A DNA stretch of 64,000 nucleotides from Camelus ferus. Lineage: Eukaryota. The translations under genes were made by a program, and so were the position numbers. Below the pieces are notes generated by a model, which saw only the letters and a list, made by a program, of their open reading frames with translations, did no database searches and had not been told where the DNA came from. Of this stretch, positions 12,534-24,500 are shown piece after piece (within the stretch, counting starts at the first letter, position 1; the number at the start of each line of letters is the position of its first letter). The stretch spans positions 71,982,001-72,046,000 of the forward strand of contig NC_045705.1 of NCBI RefSeq assembly GCF_009834535.1. The letters run 5' to 3'.

Positions 12534-15500
12534 TCAGGTGTGACACGCACTGGAGGCTGGGGGTCTGGCTGCTGGATCTGGTGCTGGCTTAGGGCCTGGA
12601 CGTCCTTTGGCTGAAGGGCTGGAGCCTGAGGCCACCTCCAGGGCTCTCAGAGCACTCACTGCAGCCAGCCCCCGACCCAGGCCAAGCCCCCCACTCCGTC
12701 CAGGCCCCAAGCTACCCAGGGCTCTGAGCCGACGCCCCCGGAACTGCAGATCTGTGGACCCCAAGGAGCTGCTGCCCCTGTCAGGTGACATGAGGGACTT
12801 GGGGGGAGAGGGGATCAGGTTGTACCCTACAGTCCTGGAAGGCTCTGGAAAACAAGGAAAGAGACAGCATGTCAGACAAGAGGCCCCGGGGAATCATAAT
12901 AGGGGTGGCCAGAGGGCTGCAGTGTCTGCTGTGGCTCCTCCCTTAGGCCTTCACTCCCCCTCCCAAGGCAGCACCCTTGCCCCACTTCCTGTGCTCCCCA
13001 GGGAAGTTGTGGCCCTCAGCCCTGTGACTTCTGACCTTTGCTTGAGCTGGACCCACCTCTGGAGAGGCAGAGGCCACAAGGTTGGGCTCTGGCTTTGGGT
13101 CATTGGGCCCCATCCCCAAGGGTGAGCTCATGGGCTGGTGGCCCTGGGCCAGTTCCCAAACGTCTCCTATAGAGAGTGAGGCCCTGGTACCCACCTGAGG
13201 GCAGGCTAGGTGGGTATGGCCATGGTCACCCAGTGCCCACCTGGACCTGGACTGCAGTAGGAGGCCCTGGTGCCCCTCGTCCCTCAATGGCTGTCACTAC
13301 TTCAGCCACGCCTCCTCCTGGCTGCCTGTTGGCTCACCCTCCACCCTCCACAGGGTAGCTGGCTGTGGACCCCTCTCAACCAGCTGTTCTCGGGGCCCCC
13401 TTTCTCCAGCCCGGCCCCAAGGCACCAGCCAGCACATGGATGTGCAGAGCTTGGGCCTGTCCCTGCTCCATCCTGGCCCCCTGACGCCCCCCTCCACAGG
13501 ATGGTCATTCGGCCAACCCTTCAGCCTACACTCCTGCCGCCCCTGCTTACAAAGACCTCCCCAGGTTTGCCAACCCAGCTGTTCTGACAGTCAGGGCAGA
13601 CCCTTCCCCCAGGAAGCTTCCCTGGGCCCCACTGGGTGCGGGGCCTCTCTGCCTCACAGCCCCTGGGCTTGCTCCACTCAGCCGTGGTCACTCTGAAGCC
13701 AGGGTCCCTGAGGGACAGCCTCACCTGGCTTAATTCTGTGCTCCAAGCCGGGCACAGACCCCGTCTGCAGGAGAAGGGTGGCCCCTCCGCCTTGGTCTCC
13801 TGCCCACCTGGCGGCCCCCTTCCCTTTGCTGGCCTTCTGTCCCACCCAAGAACTTCCCGGCGGGCCTGTCCTGGGCCCTCGCGGCACCCTCTTTCAGTCT
13901 GGGCCCCTCTGGCCTCTGCTTACACTGCCCTTCTCCGGAGAGCCCTCTCCCTCCCTCTCTGTGACCCAGCCCTGGTGGCCTAGTAGTGGCCTTGTGGTCC
14001 CATGGCTCAGAGAAGGAGGACTTGGGATTGGAATCCCTTGGCTGTGTGCCTCTACCCCCAAGAGAGGCCCTCCCTGTAACACCTGTGTCAGAGCCTGGCT
14101 AGCGAGGCACTGAGTTAGTGCAGCTGGTCTGAAGGGTGTGAGGTCACTCTGGGTACCTGTGCCCAGGCTTGAGGGGCGAGGGGGAGTCTTGGGCCCAGCC
14201 TTGTCCTCTTGTTCTTCAGGGCCCCTCTGTGGGCCCCCAGGAACTGTGGCCACTGCCTTCTGGGACTCCAGGCACCTATGGGGGAGAGGTCTGGGGTGCG
14301 GGGAGGGGGAAAGGCTGCAGCCCTGCCCTCCTTTGGAGCCAATTCCAAGTGAGTGTGACTCTGGGATGGTCCCTCAGTCTTAGGCTCCCATGACCAGCCC
14401 CTCCAGCCACCTGGGGGACCAGGGACCACTTAGCCAAAGCAGGTTCCAGCCATGAGCCCCGACCAGACAGGACACACGAGGTAGTGGGGCTGGGGTGGGG
14501 ATGGTGAGGAGCACCCACCGCATGCACAGCTCCCTCAAAGCCTGAAGCCTGGCCAGGAGGTCACAACTGTCTGCAGGGTCAGGTGCTGGGCTGGAAGCCC
14601 TGGTGGCTAGGCCTTCTGGTCTGTATGGGGGCAGCTTCTCTGGGTGCACCCAGGCCTGGGAAGGGAAAGGGCTGGTTTAGGGGCACTGCCTTTGAGGAGG
14701 CTGGTGGGCAGCGGCTTGGAGGTAGAAGGCCTTATTCGGCTGTAGAGGGTGTGAGGAGCTGGGAGCCCAGGCCCAGGATGCTGGCCCACTGCGGAGGCAG
14801 GGTGTACCTGGCCCTGGTGCCGGCGTTCCTGCAGGCCTTTGCTGGGGTTCCCGCAGAGGACTCGGCCGGTGCCTGGAGAAGAGGGTGTGGCTAGTCCTGG
14901 CTTGGGGCCGAGGGGCTCCAGGGTCAGCTCTGGGCCCAGGTGGGTCAGATACCGTGGGTAAGGTTGCTGGCATGGTCCTCTGGGGCCTGGCTCTTGGGAA
15001 GAAGGTCTTCAGGCAGGGGACCCCCAGGGACCAGCAGGGAGAGGGGCCAGGGCCTCGGGGCCCGGGGCTGGATCTCAGGCAGGCACGGGTCAGGGCCGAG
15101 TCTTCGACTGGGGGATCCGTAGGGATGATCTGCCCAAGGGTGAAAATCAAAGGTCACCAAGGCCCACACCAGCTGGCCAGCCTGGGAGCCCCCAACTGAC
15201 CTCTGTCCACAGAGCAGGGACCCTGCCACCCAGCATCTGTGTGCCCTAAGCCCAGTGCCATGGAGCGGCAGGTTCAGCCTTCCTTTCCCTCTTTGGATGG
15301 TGGGGGAGGCACCCACCAGGTGCGGCTAATGGGGAGGCTGTCCTGGCCCCAGGGCAGGTATGCAGGGCTCTGAGAATGAGGGGCTAAAGCTCAGAAGGGA
15401 CAGAAGGTGCAGCTGTCTCTGAGAGGCCTGTGGCGGGGGGGAGGGGGTAGTGGCTGAGGGTGGAGACCTCTCCTGCTGGGGGTGTCAGGGAGTAGGGACC

Positions 15501-18500
15501 TCCTCTGAGCCTCAGAGGTGAGGTCTTTAGGCAGGGTGGGGCAGCCCTCACCGGAGGCCAGGTGGATGGTGGCCGCAACCAGCCTGGGAAGCAGGCTGTC
15601 CAGGGCGCTGCCCTCCTTGATGGCCTCCTTCACCATGAGCCAGTCCTGGTCCAGTTTCCACGAGGTCGGCAGGCCTGGGTGCACGGCTGGCACCTCGTCC
15701 AAGACCTGCAGCTGGGGGATAAGCTGCCTCACCTCTGCCCGGTAGTCGTAGCCCTGGGGTGCCTGTAGTGTCGGGCAGGGGGGCCACCAGGCTAGCATCA
15801 TCCTGCAGTTGCCTCCCCCAGACCCGCTGTGGGCAGGGGAGCTGGGGGCTGCTGATGCTGCCCCACTCTGGACAGGCTGTCAGGCTGGCCTGGGTCACTT
15901 TGGGACACCAGGGACCGCAGCAACCCTGGGCTCCCACCCATAGATGACCGCACTCTCCAGGCTCACTGCCAGGGTCCAGGGGTGCCCTCTGGACTGTGGA
16001 GCCGCCCTGAGCTCTCTGAGCTCTGGCCCAGTGGGCGGCCACTCTGCACTGGCACCGGGGAGCAGCTGGGCAGGATGTGTTATCTCCAGGCGTGTGTGAG
16101 CAGTGCAGGGGTGCATGCAGCGGTGGGGGCTGTGAACAGGCCCTCGACATATCAGTGCATTTCTGCAGGGGATGGGGGGCTCTGACGGGGTCTGCAGAGT
16201 GTGTGTATGAGAGTATGTATTTGTGTACACAACTCTGTGTGGAGACCGTAGAGAATACATGTGCTTCCACGTGGCACGTGCACAGACCTCAGGGGCCTGG
16301 CATTCCCTTTGCAGTCCCGTCCTGGCAGCTGCCGGGCCTCCAGCAACACGGGAGAATGAGCTCACAGTAAGTGAGCCACAGGGTGCAGGAGGGCGTGCCC
16401 TGGGGGTGTGCCGCGGGGTCAGATGGGCAAAGAGGTCCCCGGGTCCACGGGGGTCCACGGGAGGGCCACGGGCTGGAGCCGCAGAGCCCTGCCCCATCCT
16501 GTGTGCGCACACCTCGTTGGAGGAGCCTGGGCCCGGCCGCAGGCACACGGGGTTGCCCTCCAGGGTGAGCGTGGCCAGCCTCGGGCACAGCTGCAGATAG
16601 CACAGCTGCCCCGGGTCCTCCACGCAGTTGCCCTCCAGGTCCAGCACCTCCAGCTGCTCGAGCAGGCACAGCGGGCTCAGGTCCGAGATGTCGTTGTAGG
16701 AAACGTAGAGTTCCTGGGGCAGGACGGGGTCCTCAGCCAGGCAGGGGGCAGGGCCTGGCCTGGTACCGCCCCCCAGCCCACGGTGCCGCAGACCCACCTT
16801 GAGGGCCGGGAAGGAGCTGACACCGTCCAGGTCGGCCAGGCCACAGCGAGCCAGCCACAGCACCTGCAGGCGGCCCAGGGAGGTGCCCAGGTCTCTGCAG
16901 AGGGCAGGGTTGGCTGGTCAGTGCCGTCCTGGGTGGAGGGACGGGCATCTGTGGACATGAAGGCCTTGTGCCACGTCTGAGCCCAACCACCACCCACATC
17001 GGCTGTCTCCAGGCCCAGGGGCTCTGCGACTGGCCTGTGGCAGAGTTCCCACTCCCTGCCTTCCCTCCTTGCTGCAGCCGCCTGGCCTTCGGCAGGGGCA
17101 GAAGTTCCTTTATCTTGTCCACCCCCTGGGGGGCTGGGGCCGGCCACAGCTGTGGGGAGCTGCCCTGGTGCCAGAGAGCTACTGCCTGCTTCTGTGGGGG
17201 TGGGTGAGGCGTCCCCTTCCTGGGGGGGGCGGTCAGCCAGGGTGTCCTTCCTTCCCCTCTCCCCCGGCCCTCCCCCTGCCCAGCTGTGCCTGCAGGCTCT
17301 CCCCCGCCAGCTGCCGGTGCCCCAGACTAGTCTCTGCCACTTCCCTGGGGCAGGCCGGGGCTTTCCCACCCTAAAACAGCAGACCTCCTGCCCCCGACCC
17401 CTCTGGGCCCCCAGGCCCGACACTGCAAGGTCCTCTCAGCCTGGGCGTCCCTTCTCTCCTGTCAGGACACTTGACCACCACAGCATGTCCTGTCCACTGG
17501 CTCCTGGGATGCGCCTGAGGGCTTGGCTTTTGTGTTTTGTCCACTGGCTCCTGGGATGGGCCTGAGGGCTTGGCTTTTGTGTTTTGTCCACTGGCTCCTG
17601 GGATGCGCCTAAGGGCTTGGCTTTTGTGTTTCCTCTCCTCGAGGTCTCTGTGCTCACACCGGGAGCGTGGCCAATCCCACGTTCTCTGGGAAGGACCTGC
17701 TCTCGTCCCTTCTCCCTCCCACTTCCATCTTGGCCTTTCCCCTGCTTTCTGGGAGAGTTCCCTGTCTTCCAACGCTGCTAGTAACTTTCTTGTTGGCCTT
17801 CACACGTTTAACTCCTCAGAGCCCTTCTTGCTCTCTGACCTTTGTTCATAGCCTGCTGTTCTTGTTTGAAGAGGCAGAGGAGCCACATCCCCTTCCACGT
17901 CTTGGAACTCTCACTGAAGGCTCTCGGACGGCACTCCCCTCCTGGCACTGTCTTTTTCCTCCCAGGGGTCTTTGGGTTTGCTTTGACATGTCCCTGTCAT
18001 GCTACACGTGCCGCAATATTTCTAATTATACTGTTGACAGCTTCTCGGGCACTCAGATTGGGAGTGAGGGTCTGAAATGTTGCTTGGAAGCGCTGAGCAA
18101 CTGGGGACAGCGATGAGGGGGTGAGGTGGCTTCCCTGGGGGTACCAGTCGGTGGGGGTGGTGAGGAACCCCACATGGCCCCAAATGGGTTCTGCTGTGCT
18201 GGCCACCCTGCCTCTGCCGCCCGGCTGCAGCCGCGCTGACCCCCCAGAGACCCTGAATCACACCCACACTTTGGCACCTGTGGACTTGGCACTTTCCCTT
18301 CCTCCTGCTTGGAGGGCTCTGCCTCCTCCCTGGTCCATGCGGAGGGGCCCTCACCTCTCAGGTGTTCCTGGCAGCTTCACATTTCTGCATGGCCTGGTGA
18401 ATCCTTCCATTCATCTGGTTCGCAAATTCCCCTTCAGTTATGTCTCATCCACCACTTAACCTGCGCTCTGCATTTCCAGGTTTTGTTCTGCTCTGCAATC

Positions 18501-21500
18501 TCTACCTTTGCCTTAGCCTTTGTCCTTTAGTTACAGAGATTCCAGGTGTAGCCCCGTCTACTGCCTTAAAGGGATTTTCCAATCACCTCTTAAGTGGCTG
18601 AAATTTGTGTCCAGTGATTTCCTTAAGAGGGGCGAATCAACTGTCTTCCCCGTCTCTGACGCTTTCCGGGATGCCGGCTGGTGGGAAACCTTCGGCTCAC
18701 GCCTTCTTCCCACTGGGCATGTAGACGTCACTCCACTGTCTTCTGGCCTTGAGTATGTCTGTGTGCAAGTCTGAGGGGAACTTCATTTTTTTCTGCTTGA
18801 GGGAAGACCTGATCTCTTTACTTGGCTGCCCCCCAATTTTGTCTTTATCTTGGAGCCCAGTGCCTTTATTAGGGTATGTTTCAGTGTTGGCGGTTCAGTT
18901 TCAGTTTCCTTTCGATCCGTAGATGAAAGGCTGCTTTTATGTCCGACAAGTTTTCTTTACGTTTTAGACATTGGTTCTGACCTGTCGCTTCCACTTGCTT
19001 CTGCAGAGACTAGGCACGTGCCTCCATCTGTCTGCCCCCTCCGGGATTCTTTCAAACCCCATTCGCAGCCACGGGGTTCTACTCGTGTTTTCACCCCCGT
19101 CTTGCCCACAGTGTCTCAGATGGGGTTTCCTGTGCTGTTTCTTTCAAGCTTGTCTTCATTTCCCTGACGGCCCTCTTGTTTGATTCCATGTCTTCGAGAG
19201 TCCCGTCCCTCGTCCTGCCTGTGGCCTGTGGTTCCGCCTGAGAGCTGGCCTGGACCTGGCTGCCTGGCCGGGAGCCCCAGGCTTCCTCTGGGTGGCTTTG
19301 TGCCCTTGGAAAACGGGGACCCAATGATGGTAGAAGAATAAAGGTGCAGATGATCAGTAGATTTTGCATCATCGCAGATTGGGTAAAAAAGTTACCAGAT
19401 ACATAGAACTAATGAAAAAAACAAAGCACATGCAATCTCTGGGACCCTGCCTGAGGCTGTACACAGAAAGTTAGATTTTGAATATATTTACCGAAAAACT
19501 GGAAGGATTAGAACAATTAAGCTCAGCATTCAGCTCAGGGGGCCAGAAAAAGAACAACAGTAAATAACAAAAAGAGCTAGAAGGAAAGACTTGACGAAGA
19601 TCAGGATGAAAGCAGTAGGAACTGGAAAAATCAAAGAGCCCAGAGCGACTCTTTACAAAATTGACAGAGGATCCTCTGGCAAGACTGCTCAGGGATAAAA
19701 AGAGAGACGATATGAATAAATACATGGAATTTAAGAAAGGGAACACTTACGGCCACAGCAGAGATTTAAGACGATAAAAGACCACTATGAACAAACTATG
19801 TGCCCACAGTCTGGAAAACCCAGGCAAGCTGGGCACCAAAGAGAAAACTTCGACTGGGCTAATAGCCACTAAAGAAATCAAACGGAGATTAACGCTCCCC
19901 ACGCCGCCAAGCCCACAGGTCTGGGCCAGTTTTAAAAGGAAGTTTGATCATGGAATAGACGGCTTCTGTCTCTTACAGTCATTTCTTGTGCAGGGAGCGT
20001 CAGACAACCCAGCAGTTGAGAAGAACAGTGAGAGGGAGGGTCCCTTTTGAGTCGGTCCTCGATTCCAGAACCAGAGAAGTGCAAACGAGGGAATTCAAGG
20101 GCTGTTACCCAAGAAAACAGGTGAAAACTGCTGAGCAAATATTATTTTAAAGTTACAGTGATTTTTAAATACTTCATCACCAGCAGGTATGTCAGTGCAG
20201 GAATGGAAGGGTGAATGACCATCACAGAATCTGTCACTGGAGTCTAGTTGGTTAATAGGCCAAAGGAGAAGTGTCATTTTATGATCCTGTCAGTAGATGC
20301 ACAGAGACTCAGACACGTGCCCACCAAGGTCAGGACAAACCAAGCCTGCCTGCCACTGTCACTGCTGCTGGTTAACGGCGGGCTGGCCAACAGGCCCTGG
20401 CCAGGCAGTAAGGCAGAAAGCAGCGGGGGGGCCAGAGCGAATGGCAGTGCCCACTGCTTGCTGATGGTACGGCCGTCAGCACAGAAACCCCAATGGAATC
20501 GACCGATTACCTGAATTACTGCGAGCTTGGCGATATCACAAATACACAGTAAAGGGACAGAGCTGTCAGAGGTGACAGACCCAGTTATAGAGGTCAGTGG
20601 TGTCTTCCTGATTTAACACATCTATTCTAAACCAACAGAATGCTTCTCTTCATTGGCAATACTCAACCGGAAAACACAACAGAGACAGAGCTCCATCCGT
20701 GATTACAGAGATACTACAAACAGATGGGAGTTAATTTAGCCTCTGCAGACGTAATTATGTGAGATGCAGTCACACCACCCAGTACGACTGGTGAGCTTAT
20801 AAACAGAGAATTTGGACATGGGGAGAAGGTCACATGAGTGTGGAGGCAGAGCCTGGGGTGATGAGTCTGCCAGGCAAGGAACCCCAAACGTGGCCAGCAC
20901 CGCCCAAGGAGAGGGGAATGAAACAGGACCTCCCTCAGCCTCAGAGGGAACCGGCGCTTCCGACCCCAGATCCTGCCTTGCGGCCTCCAGAACTGAAGAG
21001 TCAGTTCAAGCCGCTTGGCTCGTGGTGCTTTGTTCAGCAACTCTAGAGGACTGACACACTCCTTGGCCTGCCAACATGGCTGTAGCCATGCCGAGCACGC
21101 GAGGGGACTTGCCCTTGACTGTCCCGGAGACGGGGTTCTCACCTGTTCTGGTCACTGATGTATCCTCCGTGGTTAGAATGGGCTTGGCCCAGGTGTGTAC
21201 CCACAAAAGGGAGGAATAACCTCTTGCTGCTGGGGCCAGCTGGACACAGGTTTCTGTGCCTTGCAGCTGACAGCATTCTGATAACGAACCTTACAGAGGG
21301 AGTCTAAAGGCTCTATTCAAAACATAAAAGAACACAGAATGGAGAGCTATACCATATTTGTGGATGTATGTAACTTAAAAATTAACCCAAATTAGCATAT
21401 GAATCTTTTTTAATTAAAAAAAAATCCCAGAAGGAGTAGGGTGTGTGAAATCCAAAAAAAACTGATTGTAAAACTCAAATGCAAGTGCTCAGAAATAGCT

Positions 21501-24500
21501 GAGTCAGTGTGGAAAAAGGAAAACCAAGATGAGGTGTCAGATACTCACACATTAGCGCAGAGCTGCACCAGTGCAGGCTGCAGACGGAGAGCGGGGAACA
21601 CGCAGGCGTACCCGCATGGGCCTGGAGAATGGCCCGGAGGACGCCGGTGGACTGCCGGTGGAGGTCGGGAACACCGCCTCACCACATAGTGGAAAACACA
21701 ACGGGGCCTCAGTCTGGTACCACAACCTGTTCTCTGTGTGGCAGCAACCTCACAGAGAAGCTGGATTAAAGACCCAAAAGTAAACAGTGAGACCATAAGC
21801 AGACAGACGAAAAAGCAGAGTATCTCCAAGACCTTGGGGGTGTAGACCAACGTCCTAAAAAAACACCCAAAGCACCAGCCAGAACGGATGGACTGGAACA
21901 GTGCAAACGAGGGATCACTGTTTTAGTGAAAAGCACCCTGGTTAGAGTTAGCGGGGGAAGGCGGGGTGCAGAGGCCTATGGGGTCTAAAACGCACCCCGG
22001 CTCTACAAAGAACTCCCAGGCATGAACAGGGAGAGGATAGAACCCAGCTGAAAACCAGCACCTGGGGACACGCACACGGCCGTGCTGTAGTGAAAGCTGC
22101 CCCTTCAAGTACGTTAATTTCCAAATGAGCTGTTGCGTTTCCCAGATGGTTAGTGTGGTTTTCCCCACACGATTGTCCTGAGTCAAGGCTGTCCGGTCCG
22201 AGGCTGGCTTGGCGGGGACACCAGGGCCATCGGTGCCTTTCTCCCAGTGGATGGATGAGCAGCCCTCTGGGAACCAGCCCCATTCACGTGGGACACAGTC
22301 TTAACGGCAGCGACACTTTCAGGTGCTGAATTCTCTCCTAGACTCTGAAGAACTGACAGCCATTACCTTAAAATTACGTTCCAGCCCGTATAACACTGCC
22401 TGAGATTTTAATGTCTTCAGTATCATTGTCATCACCTAAGCTGTAATGTGACTTTATTGAACTGTCATATTTAATCATGTTTAATCAGGTTCCTTTTACA
22501 AATATTTATTCACTTTCAATCCCTGGAGATCTGCAACCATCGTTTGGCCAAGTTTCAGGATTCAATAACAGAAAATTTAAACACTCCTTATATGTTTCAC
22601 TGTTGTTTTCAAGGAACAGAATACCTTTCATACAATTTCTGATCTAATTTTTTCTTGGAATTGGGTTTCTTTCTGTCTTCTTGGAATTAAACATTTTGTT
22701 TTGTCATGGACGGTGCGTCATGTTACCTTTATAAAGCCTTCCGCTCCTCTCTGTAGTTTTCATCCTTGTTTTATGATCTTTCTGTATATTTTTATTGTTC
22801 TTTGAGCTAATTTGTAAGCCTTCATAACGAAACAAACATGATTTTTTGTCTCTGTTCAATTAAATAAAGCACTGATATCTGTCAGAATATTGCTGAATCA
22901 CGTACTAAAGACGGTTCCGAGTGCCAGATTACTTGCAGGATGCGGGGTTCCCTGGGAGCCGGTGTCGCCTGCCTCATCCCTGCCCCACTCTGCGCCTCCC
23001 GCTGGGGCCACACAGCCTCTTCCATTTCCAGGTTTTCCAGGTTTTATTAAATTCTTTTTGAAGCTTATTATTTGATAAACAGCAGTATAAATAAGGAAAA
23101 TCAAGTGAGGATGCTTAAAAACTACCTTTACCATCTCACCTGCAAATGATTGGACCCTCATAGCCCATTTAAAACACCTGGAGAACTTTCTAGACTTGGG
23201 ACTGGACTCCCACTGCCTTCGGATGGCTGGCCTGGCTGCATAAAACCAGCAGTGTCTTCCTGAAACCCATGTTGTTCAAACACCCAGAACAAGCTGGTGT
23301 GACCTCAGATTTGTTCTTCCAGCCCGATCAAGTAAACAAAAGCCTTAAGCTGTCCTGAGTTTTGACTTTCATCTTCTAGGTTAAGTATTGAAATGCTGCT
23401 ATGTTCACACGGGCCCCGCGGTCTGGCCTCGCCCATCCCTCTTCTTGCTGACGGGGACCCTAAGCTCCTGGCCACCTAGTGTGGGGTCCACCCTGGGCTG
23501 TGGTGAGGGGAGCAGGGATGCCTGGAACCCGCTGGTGTTGAGCCGTGCAAGCTCGCTGGTTGGGGACCCTTTGCTGAAGGCCAGTGGGTGCCTTCTGGGT
23601 GCTCCTTGGAGACCTTGTCAGCCACACAGCCTGGTGCGACCAGCCCAACCCTGACCATAGGCCTCAAGTGGCGTGCGTCACCCTCAGCAGCTGCATCCAG
23701 CTGACCGGGGGTGGGTGATGTGGCAGAGCCGGGCTGGAAGGGTGGGCGTTAGGGCTGGGAGCTGGAGCCGGCAGGCTGCCCAGGGAGACCCCACCCAGGC
23801 TGGCAGGATGCGCTCCAGGGGCCCTGAGGGCACTCACCGCAGGGAGCCGAGGCAGCTGCCATTCAACTTCAGTTGGCTGAGGTTGGGCAGGTGTACCCCT
23901 GTGGGGCCACAGGAAGGAGAGGTCAGTGCAGGCCTGCCCCTAGCCCCTGCTGTCCGATGACTGCCCCAAAGCCCAGTGCAGCCTTGGGGACACAGGCTTA
24001 TGTCATGCAGGGCAGGGGAAGAAGGTGCCCCAAGAGGACAGGGCCACGCCCAAGGCCAAGAGGCCACTGGACTCCAGGGGAGAGGGGAGACTGGCTGGTG
24101 TAGGTGTGGCCAGAGCTTGGGTCCTGCTCCCAGGCCACCTCCCACGGCGGGGCCACAAGCACTGCTGGCACCCCAGACCACAGCCTCCATCAGCTCACAC
24201 ACTGGGGTCTAGAGCCTGGGAGCCCCCAGCCATCATCCTGTGCAACCAAGGAGGGTTCTTAGTCACTGCCTCCCGTGGAGTACAGGGCACTGAGACAGAG
24301 TCCTCAGTCCCTGGAGGAGGGCTGCAGTGGTCCAAAGACCAGGGCCTGGCGGGGGACCTGCGCGGTCTGGCCTGGATGGTGGTGGGTGCAGGCAGGGCGG
24401 GGCTCTCACCAAAGTTCCCCAGGCTGTTCTCGCGGGTGTTGACACGCAGTTCCAGCCTGCTCACCAGCCCAAGGTCATCTGCCTGAGCCAAGGCGTGCTG

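Noticed and set aside
17491-17631. CRISPR-like array
   Set aside because: The units are head-to-tail with no unique spacers, in a mammalian intron; it is an ordinary minisatellite.
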